Shown one piece after another: positions 1-10,904 of a stretch of 64,000 nucleotides of DNA (positions within the stretch are counted from its first letter, which is position 1; every line of letters starts with the position of its first letter). Source of the stretch: a virus (Duplodnaviria > Caudoviricetes); the IMG/VR virus record IMGVR_UViG_3300013426_000025, positions 41,702 through 105,701 of that record; one strand, given 5' to 3'. Position numbers and translations under genes: made by a program. Under the pieces are notes generated by a model that made no database searches, was not told where the DNA came from, and worked only from the letters and a program-made list of their open reading frames with translations.

Positions 1-1494
1 AAATGCTAATACTCTACCAAGTAACTCATCATTATATTGCCTTGCTGCTTGTGCTGCTTGACCTTGATTTACTTGGTCTGTGTAAGCATCTGCCATTACA
101 GCATTAGTCATAGCACCAGGTGTAGCACCATTTTCAATTATTGCTCTTCTATTACCTAATGCTATATTGTTTGCTTGATTAATTACAGAGTAAGGGTCAA
201 TAGGATTATAAGTCATCTTCTGAGTAATATACTTAGGAGACACTTCTCTAATACTATCTACTTTATTTTGAAAACTATTTATATTACTATAATCAGGACT
301 ATCTATAGCAGACATTAAAGCAGCACTAGCATTACCAAATATAGGTGCGCTTCTTAAAATGTTATTCCAAGATTCTTGTCTTTTTATATCCCATGCTTCT
401 CTTGTCAAAATATCTTTCTTATTATCAGGATGTCTTTTATTATAATCCGTTTGTCTATCTACGTATTTATCATATAACCTATCTCCTAAACCGTATTTAT
501 GTCCTAACAAACCACCTTTTGCAAACTGTCTAAGCAGTCTTTGTTCTTCTTTTTTCTGCTTTAATGTTTCTTGTTCTTGTTGTAATCTTCCCATTAAAGC
601 CTTTAAACCATTATTACTAATCATATCATTAGGTCTTTCTTCAGATTCTTTTTGTATCTTCTTTGCAGCATCTGCAAATGTTAAATTCTTACCTGTAAGT
701 TTCATATCTTGTTTTACTTTCTCAGGAACTTTTAATCTGTTACTGAATACATAATCATCATATATTACTTCATCTTCTTCTACAAGATTAGGTAATCCAT
801 CACTTGCAATTCCTTGAGGTACACCTCCTAAAGGATTTTGCTCATGGGTACCTCCACCATCTATGGTTCTAACTCCATTAGTAAAGTTACTATCTATATT
901 ACCACCAAATGCTTTTAGGTTTCTCAAAGCATTAAAACTATCTTGATAATTAAGGTTTAGTGCTGCATTTTCAATCTTCCTATCCATTAACTCATTAGCA
1001 GCCTTTGCTTCTTGATTTAATTGGGCAGCAAGATTATTTGCTTTAACTCTTTGAGAAGCAGCAAGTAAACCTGCACCAGCAGTTCCTCCAACTCCCATGG
1101 CAGCAGAAGATATTAATTTACTAAATATACCTCCACCACCTGACATGCCTTGTATAATACCATTAGCACCTGCACCAGCAATACCTACTCCAAGTTCTGC
1201 ATCAGACATCATAAAGTCTTTGTAGGAATTATTTTGATTCAGTTTCTTTCTATCATTATACAATTTATCAAAGTCATCCCAGTTATTTACATCTACTGTC
1301 TGAGCATTTAAGGAATCTATTTGGTCCCACTGTTCAGAACCATCATTTTTCAATTGAGCAAGGCTTGGGTCTGCAAGACCGCCTGCTAAAGTAGTACCTA
1401 AAATAGCCAAAGCATCACTACCTGCTGTATTACCACCCCTATCAAACCTATGATTAGGGTATTGAATTAACATTTTATTTTTCTTCTTATTCAT
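1..1494 (-). CDS. Virion cargo/ejection protein (phiCrAss001 cargo protein 1-like), runs off the left edge of the window
   Basis: Missing from the ORF track because no stop falls inside the window. ATG at 1494 gives MNKKKNKMLIQYPNHRFDRGG..., with the crAss cargo-type segment GGGTHEQNPLGGVPQGIASDGLPNLVEEDEVIYDDYVFSNRL. Lies after the muzzle gene and has its own promoter at 1517-1547. Confidence 0.75.
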   Translation of the reverse strand, partial: MNKKKNKMLIQYPNHRFDRGGNTAGSDALAILGTTLAGGLADPSLAQLKNDGSEQWDQIDSLNAQTVDVNNWDDFDKLYNDRKKLNQNNSYKDFMMSDAELGVGIAGAGANGIIQGMSGGGGIFSKLISSAAMGVGGTAGAGLLAASQRVKANNLAAQLNQEAKAANELMDRKIENAALNLNYQDSFNALRNLKAFGGNIDSNFTNGVRTIDGGGTHEQNPLGGVPQGIASDGLPNLVEEDEVIYDDYVFSNRLKVPEKVKQDMKLTGKNLTFADAAKKIQKESEERPNDMISNNGLKALMGRLQQEQETLKQKKEEQRLLRQFAKGGLLGHKYGLGDRLYDKYVDRQTDYNKRHPDNKKDILTREAWDIKRQESWNNILRSAPIFGNASAALMSAIDSPDYSNINSFQNKVDSIREVSPKYITQKMTYNPIDPYSVINQANNIALGNRRAIIENGATPGAMTNAVMADAYTDQVNQGQAAQAARQYNDELLGRVLAF

Positions 1495-1516
1495 AGTACT
1501 ATGTATGTAATAAATA

Positions 1517-1547
1517 CAAAGGTATAAAAATTATTTCATTTATGCAA
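1517..1547 (-). promoter_or_regulatory. Bacteroidota sigma-A-type promoter (TTG..TACCTTTG)
   Basis: Minus strand reads ttgc-ataaatgaaataattttta-tacctttg, with the same 31-bp geometry as the other copies in the window. Confidence 0.75.
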
Positions 1548-1560
1548 TAGTATAATAAAA

Positions 1561-1601
1561 AAACTGACTAAGAGAATTAATTTATTATTCTTAGTCAGTT
1601 T
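1561..1601 (-). terminator. Intrinsic terminator hairpin after the muzzle C-terminal gene
   Basis: aaactgactaaga...tcttagtcagttt inverted repeat followed by a T-run on the minus strand. Confidence 0.65.
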
Positions 1602-1606
1602 AATTA

Positions 1607-3442
1607 TTATTCGTAGTAATTCATTACTATATTATGTAGTTCAAGTTTAGTGTTCGCTTTGGGATTACCTTCTAAATAAAGATGTACCCAAGGATTTCTA
1701 ATCCTATCTCTACTATTCTGATTTCTTGGTACGGTAGTTCTCCATATTCTAAACTTCTGTTGTAAATTATTAGTAACTTTACCTAAAACTCTATCTCTAT
1801 CATATATAAGAGGCTGAACCCCAGTATCTTGATACTCATCCCATACTCTTATTTTATCAAAAGGCTGTACATCAGATTTAGTACTATTATCTTTACTTAC
1901 ACCTAAGTCAGCAAGGAACTCCACATTAGTAAATACTTTATCTGTATATGTACCAGGATTTACTCTGTACTCTATAGAGTATGGAACATAATTGTTGTCA
2001 AATATCTTATTGTACTCACCATCAAACATTCTGTAACATTGTACTTGAGCAAGGTTGTTACTAGAAGTATCTAATGCACTGAAAGCATAAGATTCTCCGC
2101 CATAAGAAAACATCATACTGATGTAAGGAGCATCTATAAAGGAAGTAAACGCTTGTAATATCTCATTATACACAATACACTCAGAAGCATTCTCATAAGG
2201 ATTATTTATAATAATGTATACATCTTTATGTATATTGTCATAATAGAACCTTGAAGAATCTAACTTATTACTTTCACTGGATATTGTGATAGCATTTTTA
2301 AAGTATGATTCCATTGTAGTATAAGGAAGTTCTTTACAATTACCATCATGTCCTATACATACAATTGTATTCTTATTATCATCTACAAAGTAAACACCTA
2401 CATCTGTAATGAGAACATTAGAACAATGAGTACCATAATTAGGATTAGCAAGTAGTGTATTGACTTTGTCATTAAAGTCTACATTAATCTGCATGCCTGA
2501 AGTAGTATTAATAAGGTTTCTCTCCTTGAAGTTAATTGTTTCTATACAATTAGTTTCAAGAGCATATAATGTTTCTCTGCCTGCATTAATTATCTTGGTA
2601 ATTTCATTCCTTGTTCTCTCACTTGAGTTAGTAGAAAGATTGGTCCACGTATCAACTCTTCCTGCATAATTTTTATTCAATGACCAAACATAAGTACTCT
2701 TGAAAGCAGATTGATTAACTAACTCAGGTAGTACACTTCCTGTAAAGATATTATTCTTCTGATTGTAAGCATCATTATATAAACCAAAGTTATCAGGTCT
2801 TGCCATAATGTTAAAATTCTTTCTATTTACATCAGTTCTTGCGTCAAGATTATGATGGGTTTCAATCATTACTGAAGCAAGTTCTGTAACTTGATTTATA
2901 TTGGTACTATCATCATCGGGATAAGTCTTTAAGCAATCATATCTTTGAAAATAAGTATCGCCTGTAGTTTGAAATACAACCTTATTTATAGGAGTATAAT
3001 TACTTGCAGGAAGCCATGTTAGATTTTCTATAGCACTGTCAGAGTAGCCACCATATAAAACATTATGTGGTAGATTTCTTCTCAACTCTCCTATATAAAG
3101 CATTGTTGCTTTACTATCAAGAGAAGAATCACACACATCATTCTTATATATAGGCTTTGCTTCTTTACTAAGTATTGTTACTTCTGACATACTTTTAACC
3201 AAAGTTCTTATAGAATAATAAGTTTGATTTCTTAACAAAATCAATAAAGCTTCTGCTGCCTTTTTCTTTTCATCGTCATCTTCTGTGGGTTTATTTGGAT
3301 TTGGACCTGGTTCATCTCCATCCCAATCTATAGGGTCATCAAAACCCCAAACCCATGGTTTATCAGGGTCTTGATACTTAGTAGGGTCTCTCCATATTTC
3401 AAGAGAGTCTGCAAATGAATTGTCTGTATTTATATTACTCAT
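1607..3442 (-). CDS. Muzzle/tail stabilisation protein, C-terminal part
   Basis: 611 aa; FQRYDCLKTYP, ETHHNLDARTD and KFRIWRTTVPR..RDRIRNPW segments typical of the crAss muzzle C-terminus; synteny. Confidence 0.7.
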   Translation of the reverse strand: MSNINTDNSFADSLEIWRDPTKYQDPDKPWVWGFDDPIDWDGDEPGPNPNKPTEDDDEKKKAAEALLILLRNQTYYSIRTLVKSMSEVTILSKEAKPIYKNDVCDSSLDSKATMLYIGELRRNLPHNVLYGGYSDSAIENLTWLPASNYTPINKVVFQTTGDTYFQRYDCLKTYPDDDSTNINQVTELASVMIETHHNLDARTDVNRKNFNIMARPDNFGLYNDAYNQKNNIFTGSVLPELVNQSAFKSTYVWSLNKNYAGRVDTWTNLSTNSSERTRNEITKIINAGRETLYALETNCIETINFKERNLINTTSGMQINVDFNDKVNTLLANPNYGTHCSNVLITDVGVYFVDDNKNTIVCIGHDGNCKELPYTTMESYFKNAITISSESNKLDSSRFYYDNIHKDVYIIINNPYENASECIVYNEILQAFTSFIDAPYISMMFSYGGESYAFSALDTSSNNLAQVQCYRMFDGEYNKIFDNNYVPYSIEYRVNPGTYTDKVFTNVEFLADLGVSKDNSTKSDVQPFDKIRVWDEYQDTGVQPLIYDRDRVLGKVTNNLQQKFRIWRTTVPRNQNSRDRIRNPWVHLYLEGNPKANTKLELHNIVMNYYE

Positions 3443-3452
3443 AATTTATCAT

Positions 3453-6400
3453 TTAAGTATGAATTGTAAAAGTTATAGTTTTACCACTTTTATTTTTAAA
3501 AGTTAACGTTCCTTCTTCATTACCTTGTGAAATGTTTTTATATGCTACTATAGCATGTCCTGTATCATCAATATGAATAGTACCATAGTTTTCGTCCTGG
3601 TCTATCTGGATGCTTACTCCTTTTACTTCCCACTCAACATCGCTTGTACTTTCTATATACCAATCATCATTTTCTTGGTCTTGCATTTGTATATATGTAC
3701 CATCAACCAGTTCTCTACCGTTTGAATCACGTTCTTGTATTTTTAAGAAAGGTACATCCTCAAATTTACCAAAACTTGGTAGAACATCTTCCGCAGTATT
3801 ATATAAATTTTCAAAAGTGGCTTTAGCCCATTTTTGGGTTCTTGATACTTCTTTTAATTCACTACCATAATACCAAGTAAACAAGTCTTGTCCATTTCTA
3901 TAATATTGTTTTGATGTTATCAAAGAATATTCTATGTTATAACCTTTAATACCATAAGAACAATGTTTTAGCCTTATTGGAAATTTAACACCTTTTACTT
4001 TAAAATCATAAGTGTTGTCTTTATTATCTACTACTTTATATTTGTATAAGATTGTAATTAATAAATCAATTGCTGGAGATTCTGTTATATTGCCGTCTTC
4101 ATCTTCATTGTATATTTTTACAACCCTGTCTTTTGCTATTAGTTTAAAAATAGATGGAAATTCATTTACTAATTCTTTACGATATGTTTGTAAAAACATA
4201 CTTATTATAGAGCTAACACCATTTACCTCTAAAAAAGATTTAATAGAGGTCGTAGAATAGTCTGAAACAAACAGAGAGTCTGTAATCCAACCATTGTTTT
4301 CATTGGCTTTCAATGATGTGTGTACCTGATTATTTAGTTTATCCCAGTAATATTTCAAATTATTATATAATGACACTAGTTCACTATAATTACTTACCAT
4401 AGATAAATCTACAGGTGTGTTAAAATCAACACCACCACTTGATTCATAAATAGAATTAAAAGATGCAATATCACAAAGACATCCTTCAAATACATTAGTA
4501 TTTATTTTATCTCTAATTAAATCCCAATAATTAAACCCATTCACAGTAGCCCAAGGATAATTTAAATAAGTAGAATTGATAGAATCAGAGAAGAAAGTAT
4601 CATTACTATAACCACAAAAATAAGTATTATTACTAAATGAATCTGATGAAGTTGAAGCAGGTAAAGTTTGAAATTGGTCTCCAGATAACCCTAATGAGAA
4701 TACAAGATGAGGAGAAGAATTATAAGTAATCCTTACTGTATCTTGTTTATCTACATTGGATTGATAAGAACTTTCTACTTTTTTTGTTTCTGTTGTTACT
4801 GTGTCTCCCTCCTTCTTTGTTTCATCGTAAAAGAAATCATTAGCATATTCATTCTTTGCTAATAAAGCATTATCAATTTGCAATAAAGATGCTGAGGTAA
4901 GTCCAGTTGCCTTTATCTCATCCAACAATTTGTTGTCTATAATAAAATTTGAAAATGTTGCTTTGCCAGTAGTTTTAATATCTGATTCAGGATTTCTAAT
5001 ATCATCTCTTTCATCTCCTATTTGCTCCTCAATATATTTTTTATATATATTTATATCAGGATAAACATCTGGTGTGTTACTTGTAAGATACTTAAGATTT
5101 GACTTAGCATATAACAACTTTTCTATATGTTTAGGATAGGAGAATACATTAAAGTATTGAGTATCTAAGAAACTATCCTCAGCAGAATATGTTATAGGAC
5201 CAGTTAAATAAGAGTTTTCGCTATTACCTATAACATACTGTGTTTGTTCTGCTATCTTATAATTATAAGTTTTATTTGACTTTATCTTACCGTACCCTTC
5301 AGGTATAGGATGTTCCAAAGTATTGTATGGATAGTACAATCCGGTAATATCAAGTCTTCCTGTCACAGCAGTATTATTTGAAGATATACCTGTAATAGAA
5401 CCTGAAGACTCCCATGGGTGTATCATAAAGTAGGCAAGTTTTGTAGTATCTACAACTATTGAAGTTTTATTCTCGGCATTTTTTACAAAGTTTTCAGCAG
5501 ATAACCCTTCTTTAGTATCTTTATTTAAGAAAGAACCTTGTACTTCTGTAAGGAAATGGTCCAAGTAACTGTATTCTGCTGTCATTGACATTAGAGGTTT
5601 GTCTCCTTTATATTGTTTAGTAATGTACTTATTTGAGTTAACCTCAACAACACCTCCAGAATTACTCATTGATGTTCCAGCCTCCAAGAGATTTCTCTTA
5701 CCATAGTTAGAGTTAATGTATGCTGCACCAACAATATTCATTTTAAGGTTTGACCCATGTACTTGTTGAAAATTATTTTCTTCAGGAGAATTAAAGGTAA
5801 CAATTGAATCATCTACAAACAAGGCATCATTCTTCATATACATGCTAACTTGTTTTCTTTCTCCTAATTCTGCATTTATTTCTGAACTATTGTACTGGGT
5901 TTCCTTAATGTTAATAATTACTCCATTAGGAAGAGCCCAAGAAAACTTTATTCCTGCTGCATCAAAAAAACATTTTAGATTAGGTAATGTAGGAAGTCCT
6001 TTATCAAAATAATTGTACATGTTCCCACATTTAATCGCCTCATCTGAGTAAATAGGAGGATTAAATTCAGGTAAGAACAACCATCCTTTTTGTAATAATT
6101 CTCTCCATGCTCTAAATGGTTTTCTAGTACCACTACTTTCATTTATATCTGAAGTAAAGGCTTTCTCTTTATTTACACCAGAGTTTGTGCCCTTACCCAT
6201 CCAAGCATCTTTGAATTTATCATTAAATTCCTGTTCGGAATAAGCGTCTGCAAGGTCACTATAGGTACTACTATAAGTATGCTCAAAAATAGTTTTATAA
6301 TTAAATGCTTCTGATACTTTTGCTTTATCCTTGTCTCCTTTTAATTCTTCAAGCCAATATCTACAATAAGCCAAGAATAATAATTGAGCAAAACATCCTG

Positions 6401-8894
6401 CATCATCTACTGATTGTGCTGTACTATCATTAGGAAAACAATATTTTATGTGGTCTTTATATGTAATTTCAGGTCTTTCAAAATCAAAACTAAACTGGTC
6501 AAATTTAGTTTGCTGCATTTGTATATACAGGTCGCTCAACTCATTGGGTACTGCATTATATGCATCAGTGACTTTCTTACTTACTCCTTTACATTCTACA
6601 AAAGCTTTTTTCCGCTGCTCTTCATCTAATTTGCTCCAATCATACCCACTCTCATAAAATTCTTGAGACACTCTTGCAGCAATCATATATACCCAAGTTT
6701 CTTTATTTGTAGTATTTGATGGTATAATTACAGTAAGTAATACTTTCCTACCATTAATTAATTTTTCAGCCGAGTCTTGTGTTTTTGCTGTCTCTTCTTT
6801 TAATTGCTCAATAAGCTTCAACCCATTATTAGGTCTACTGTATATAGACTCATATCCTGCTATATTACTTACTTCTGCTGTTCTTTCCCAATAAGAAGCA
6901 AGTCTTTGAAAATGATGATAAGGCAAGTCACCATTAACAGGTCTAAATGACCAAGAAGGTAGGGCCCAACTTGTTTTCATATACCTATTAAGAGGAGAGA
7001 ATACAGTAGGGTTCAATATACCTTGTGCTATAATATTTCTGCCATTATGCAATTCAGGGTCAGCAAACACTAATCTGTAATTAACATAATCAAAGTCTTT
7101 GCATATACTGATTAACTTCTCTGGTAATTTAACTATAGCGTTAGTGTAGTATATGTTTTTATTTACTGTATCTACTGCTGGAGAACATCTACATTCACCG
7201 TCTCCTATATATACAACCTCAGTCCACTGGCCTGTTTTATCTTGAAACTGTAAGCCAAATCTATATATCTCACCAAACTTAAAACCTGTGTATCTTATAG
7301 AAGAATCATTAGTAGGAGTATAAGGATAAATACTGTCTCCATCTATTACATAATCTGTTTGTTTATACACTGTTTGATAATCATTATCATATAATGTACT
7401 TGATTTCAAGTCAGCACTCAAAATATCATCTTCTATATTATCCATCCATGTAGCACCTTTACCACAATATTCTGAAGTAAAGTAATTAATCATTGCACCA
7501 CCATTCTTTTTTACTTGCTCAATTTCATCCCACCACAACAAAGAGTGTAAATCTTGTTCTGTTTTATCAGGTTTTTTTGAATCAGTGATAATATCATTTT
7601 TGAGATATTGTTGTCCTCTTCTTACAAACTTTACAAGTTTAGTCCACTTATCTACTATCTCTCCTGGATTTTCTTTAGTACCTTCTCTAACTATAGTGAC
7701 ATAAGGATTTTCTACACCTGTTTCCTCATCTACATACCCTTCTTCAAACAGGTCTTTTATTACTTGAGGTAACGTAATGTGTGAAGTGTGTATATTACCT
7801 GCAAACAAAGTACCCATCTTCTGGTCTATTGTCTTAGCAGCAATAGGAGTACCACCAATAAAGTAAAGTTGGTTTGCTTCAATTTGTTCTTGGTTCCTGT
7901 AAGTGTCTATAAAGGTAAGAGGCTGCAATGCTTCTCCTTCTTTAGGTTTTGTTATATTCAAGTCTCCTACAATATGTACAGCCATAGCACCATCTAATGA
8001 ACTTCTTACAGCAGAATAAATCCTAATGTAATCAAAGTCTGTGCTGTAGTTATATATCTTTATAGATACAGAACAAGAAGCCTTTTCATCAACTTTACCA
8101 CCTCTGTCTTTCTTTGTAAGTGTAATAAGAGGAGAGTCTTGGCATATCTTAGTCTCAGCACCATTTATGTTATAATAAGTAAAGAAGTACTGAACAGTAC
8201 CAGAAGGAAAGTCTACATCTTGGTCATACTTCTTCTGCACTTTAATTCTTGGTGCTTTACCTATTGCAGGATAGAACTCAAATTCATTATTCATATAAGG
8301 TGTGAAAGTATTATTGCCAAATCTTTCTCCTTCAGTAATAATGTTAATGAATCTAAGATTATTATTATCTTCATTACCATTATTACCACCTTCTCTCCAA
8401 TCTTCGCACCAATATACTTTCTTTATATTTGCATTTTCTTCATAGTATAAAGTATCATAAGTCCTGTCAACATGGAAATTCAAATTTCCTCTATACAGAA
8501 CTCTTGCTTGATGTGTTCCATATTTAGTTAAGTCTTGCAAACTTATTCTATAAATAACATCAAGAGTATTGGCAGCAAATTTATTGTCTGCTGGTAATTT
8601 TGCAAAGACAACAAGATATTCTGGAGTAATACAATAAGTAAGTAAAGTGCCCCATAAGAAACCTGGCGTAGGAGACTCAAACCAAGTAGTCCCATTACTT
8701 ATTTTCTCTCTTACTTGAAAGTTGAGTGACTTACCTCCTTTATAGTTAGTGATAGATAACAATGTACCATCTTCTGATGCAGTAATTCTTATATTCTTAT
8801 TTTTATAAGCAAACTTATTACTCTCTTTACTTATAGACTTATCTTGAGACATTCCTGTATTCTCAAGAGGTGACTTTTTCAATTCCATAATCAA
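3453..8894 (-). CDS. Muzzle/tail stabilisation protein, N-terminal part with large insertions
   Basis: 1813 aa; N-terminus GMSQDKSISK..FAYKNKNIRIT..LLSITN, plus FPSGTVQYFFTYYN and FKFGEIYRFGLQFQDKTGQW; directly follows ring protein R1. Confidence 0.7.
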   Translation of the reverse strand: MIMELKKSPLENTGMSQDKSISKESNKFAYKNKNIRITASEDGTLLSITNYKGGKSLNFQVREKISNGTTWFESPTPGFLWGTLLTYCITPEYLVVFAKLPADNKFAANTLDVIYRISLQDLTKYGTHQARVLYRGNLNFHVDRTYDTLYYEENANIKKVYWCEDWREGGNNGNEDNNNLRFINIITEGERFGNNTFTPYMNNEFEFYPAIGKAPRIKVQKKYDQDVDFPSGTVQYFFTYYNINGAETKICQDSPLITLTKKDRGGKVDEKASCSVSIKIYNYSTDFDYIRIYSAVRSSLDGAMAVHIVGDLNITKPKEGEALQPLTFIDTYRNQEQIEANQLYFIGGTPIAAKTIDQKMGTLFAGNIHTSHITLPQVIKDLFEEGYVDEETGVENPYVTIVREGTKENPGEIVDKWTKLVKFVRRGQQYLKNDIITDSKKPDKTEQDLHSLLWWDEIEQVKKNGGAMINYFTSEYCGKGATWMDNIEDDILSADLKSSTLYDNDYQTVYKQTDYVIDGDSIYPYTPTNDSSIRYTGFKFGEIYRFGLQFQDKTGQWTEVVYIGDGECRCSPAVDTVNKNIYYTNAIVKLPEKLISICKDFDYVNYRLVFADPELHNGRNIIAQGILNPTVFSPLNRYMKTSWALPSWSFRPVNGDLPYHHFQRLASYWERTAEVSNIAGYESIYSRPNNGLKLIEQLKEETAKTQDSAEKLINGRKVLLTVIIPSNTTNKETWVYMIAARVSQEFYESGYDWSKLDEEQRKKAFVECKGVSKKVTDAYNAVPNELSDLYIQMQQTKFDQFSFDFERPEITYKDHIKYCFPNDSTAQSVDDAGCFAQLLFLAYCRYWLEELKGDKDKAKVSEAFNYKTIFEHTYSSTYSDLADAYSEQEFNDKFKDAWMGKGTNSGVNKEKAFTSDINESSGTRKPFRAWRELLQKGWLFLPEFNPPIYSDEAIKCGNMYNYFDKGLPTLPNLKCFFDAAGIKFSWALPNGVIINIKETQYNSSEINAELGERKQVSMYMKNDALFVDDSIVTFNSPEENNFQQVHGSNLKMNIVGAAYINSNYGKRNLLEAGTSMSNSGGVVEVNSNKYITKQYKGDKPLMSMTAEYSYLDHFLTEVQGSFLNKDTKEGLSAENFVKNAENKTSIVVDTTKLAYFMIHPWESSGSITGISSNNTAVTGRLDITGLYYPYNTLEHPIPEGYGKIKSNKTYNYKIAEQTQYVIGNSENSYLTGPITYSAEDSFLDTQYFNVFSYPKHIEKLLYAKSNLKYLTSNTPDVYPDINIYKKYIEEQIGDERDDIRNPESDIKTTGKATFSNFIIDNKLLDEIKATGLTSASLLQIDNALLAKNEYANDFFYDETKKEGDTVTTETKKVESSYQSNVDKQDTVRITYNSSPHLVFSLGLSGDQFQTLPASTSSDSFSNNTYFCGYSNDTFFSDSINSTYLNYPWATVNGFNYWDLIRDKINTNVFEGCLCDIASFNSIYESSGGVDFNTPVDLSMVSNYSELVSLYNNLKYYWDKLNNQVHTSLKANENNGWITDSLFVSDYSTTSIKSFLEVNGVSSIISMFLQTYRKELVNEFPSIFKLIAKDRVVKIYNEDEDGNITESPAIDLLITILYKYKVVDNKDNTYDFKVKGVKFPIRLKHCSYGIKGYNIEYSLITSKQYYRNGQDLFTWYYGSELKEVSRTQKWAKATFENLYNTAEDVLPSFGKFEDVPFLKIQERDSNGRELVDGTYIQMQDQENDDWYIESTSDVEWEVKGVSIQIDQDENYGTIHIDDTGHAIVAYKNISQGNEEGTLTFKNKSGKTITFTIHT

Positions 8895-9562
8895 TGTATG
8901 TTAAAATGTTGCTGACTCCCTAAACTATTAAATCCATCTTCAAACTGTCTATTATTCATCAACAGTGTATTATGAGCATTTGAGATACTTTGCATCTCTG
9001 ATAGAGAAGGAGTATTAAGTTCTTCCTGTAATTGTCCTACAGCCCAAGCATATTCTTGTTGTGAGTTCTGTAGTACATTACCATTAAGTTTACCTACTTC
9101 AAATAATGTAGTAAATGTTTTTACCTTGATATACTCATATAAAGCATTTATGTACCTTTCATTATCCAATATCATAGGATAACCTTCTTCATCAAGAGGT
9201 ATTGCCCTGTAAGCAATCTCTAAGTCACATTCAGGAACATTTGTATAGATAATTGAATTTTGTGTTTTGAATACAAGTTCTGTATCATCCATAAAATTGC
9301 TTGACATATATTTTATACACTTTCCTGTATCACAATCCTTAACTTGTATAATAGAAACCAAATCACAAGGTAATACTGCCCTGTATTCATGTATGTGCAT
9401 TATTTCATATTTGGTTGTATACAAATTAGGCATATTAAGAATACCATTAAAAGAAGAGACATATTGTAGTATCTGCTCCAATGTAATATCCTGCATTAAT
9501 GGGTGTTGTAAACATTTATCCCACACAGGTATTACACTTGTAAATTTAACTTCATTAACCAT
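8891..9562 (-). CDS. Tail ring/tubular protein R1-like
   Basis: 223 aa; HPLMQDITLEQ, RAVLPCDL and QQEYAWAVGQ motifs; position between the IHF-like gene and the muzzle. Confidence 0.7.
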   Translation of the reverse strand: MVNEVKFTSVIPVWDKCLQHPLMQDITLEQILQYVSSFNGILNMPNLYTTKYEIMHIHEYRAVLPCDLVSIIQVKDCDTGKCIKYMSSNFMDDTELVFKTQNSIIYTNVPECDLEIAYRAIPLDEEGYPMILDNERYINALYEYIKVKTFTTLFEVGKLNGNVLQNSQQEYAWAVGQLQEELNTPSLSEMQSISNAHNTLLMNNRQFEDGFNSLGSQQHFNIH

Positions 9563-9567
9563 ATTTA

Positions 9568-10089
9568 TTATATTTTATAAGTACTTATGTTGTTATTTTC
9601 TATAGAGTGTGCAACAATACTATGAAAACTCCTATTGGGTCTAAATCTCATAAAAGTGCAATTCTCATAGTTAGTATTACGTTTATTGTAAAATATAAAA
9701 TACCTTACATTTCTTTCCTTCCTTACAAGAGTTTTATTTTGTAGGGCTTCTTCATCCTCATGCCATAATTTTAGAGTTTCTCCCCAATCAATAGCCCTAT
9801 TAGTTTTAACTTTACCCTCTTCAAATTTTATGTAAGTATCTGCTTGTCTTACTTCAAGTTTACCCATTCTATAGGGAAATTTAAATTCTTTACCTTCCGA
9901 TAGATCTTTGATTGCTTCTTTATGTACAGTAGAAACTATTTTATAAAATTCAGACTCATTAGAAGTTATCATTTTATTTTTCTTTAACCATCTATATGCT
10001 TCTCTAACTCCAGCAGAATTTGTTATTTTATGAACTCTCTTTCCTGTTACTTTAAGTACTTTCTTTCTAAACTCTTTCAAATCTTCCAT
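9568..10089 (-). CDS. IHF/HU-like DNA-binding protein
   Basis: Basic 173 aa with EFKFPYRMGKLEVR and FRPNR HU/IHF-like arm motifs; conserved crAss position. Confidence 0.6.
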   Translation of the reverse strand: MEDLKEFRKKVLKVTGKRVHKITNSAGVREAYRWLKKNKMITSNESEFYKIVSTVHKEAIKDLSEGKEFKFPYRMGKLEVRQADTYIKFEEGKVKTNRAIDWGETLKLWHEDEEALQNKTLVRKERNVRYFIFYNKRNTNYENCTFMRFRPNRSFHSIVAHSIENNNISTYKI

Positions 10090-10811
10090 TACTCGTCTCC
10101 TTCTAATTGCTTTTGTAAAGGCTTCTTCATATTTTGTCTAATGAAATACATCAAATCAGATAAATCATCAGAAGCATTATTAGTATTATCCTTGGGTCTA
10201 TATGCAGTACCAAGTATTTCTTTTACAATGTAAGCAATTAATTCAGGTACCAATGCAGGTTCTATAGGAAATTCTGTGTCAAGAACATCACAAGTCTTCT
10301 CAGTACCATTACAATTTAATTCATAAGCCTTCTCATAATCTTCAAATATTGCTTTGAGTTTTATCTTCTTCAAGTAAGAAGACTCAAAATTATTTGATTT
10401 AAAATATAAATGCTTATCTTCCCCTAAAGCGCAATAAATAAAGTTCTTACTATATTTACCTGCTCCCACTGCTTTTAGCCTTTTGAATGAAGTGAAAATA
10501 ATATTCTCACTTTCCATACCATTATAAAGAAGAATTGTAGGTGTAACAATATCAAGCATTACAGGAATTTCCTGTGTACTTCTCATAATATTACCTGTAC
10601 TACAAATAGACCGAGAATACTTTTCAATATCTAAACATATAGTCTGATAATTACTCTCTGATAATCCTTTCTTACCTTCTCCATACTTCTTTAATAGTAA
10701 TGCTCTGTATTTACCTACAAGGTATAATACATGTTCCTCATTAATAGAGGAGTCATCACTAAATGCTTTTATAGCATCTAAACAATAATAAACGATATGT
10801 CTTACATCCAT
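10089..10811 (-). CDS. Tail ring protein R2-like
   Basis: Start moved to ATG 10811 (MDVRHIVY) because the longer ORF start overlaps the promoter; SESNYQTICLD, CDVLDTEFPIE and PKDNTNNASDD motifs. Confidence 0.7.
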   Translation of the reverse strand: MDVRHIVYYCLDAIKAFSDDSSINEEHVLYLVGKYRALLLKKYGEGKKGLSESNYQTICLDIEKYSRSICSTGNIMRSTQEIPVMLDIVTPTILLYNGMESENIIFTSFKRLKAVGAGKYSKNFIYCALGEDKHLYFKSNNFESSYLKKIKLKAIFEDYEKAYELNCNGTEKTCDVLDTEFPIEPALVPELIAYIVKEILGTAYRPKDNTNNASDDLSDLMYFIRQNMKKPLQKQLEGDE

Positions 10812-10839
10812 AATATGTACATATATAAAAATCCACTTG

Positions 10840-10870
10840 CAAAGATACGAAAAATATTTCATATTTGCAA
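10840..10870 (-). promoter_or_regulatory. Bacteroidota-type promoter embedded in an inverted repeat
   Basis: ttgc-aaatatgaaatatttttcg-tatctttg, flanked by the aatccacttgcaaa / tttgcaagtggatt inverted repeat. Confidence 0.75.
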
Positions 10871-10904
10871 GTGGATTAATTATTTTTTATAGGTAATAAA
10901 AAAA

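Noticed and set aside
3443-3455. Readthrough or intron joining the two muzzle ORFs
   Set aside because: The ORFs are in different frames with a 10-nt gap, there is no intron core or obvious slippery site, and the second ORF has a normal ATG context
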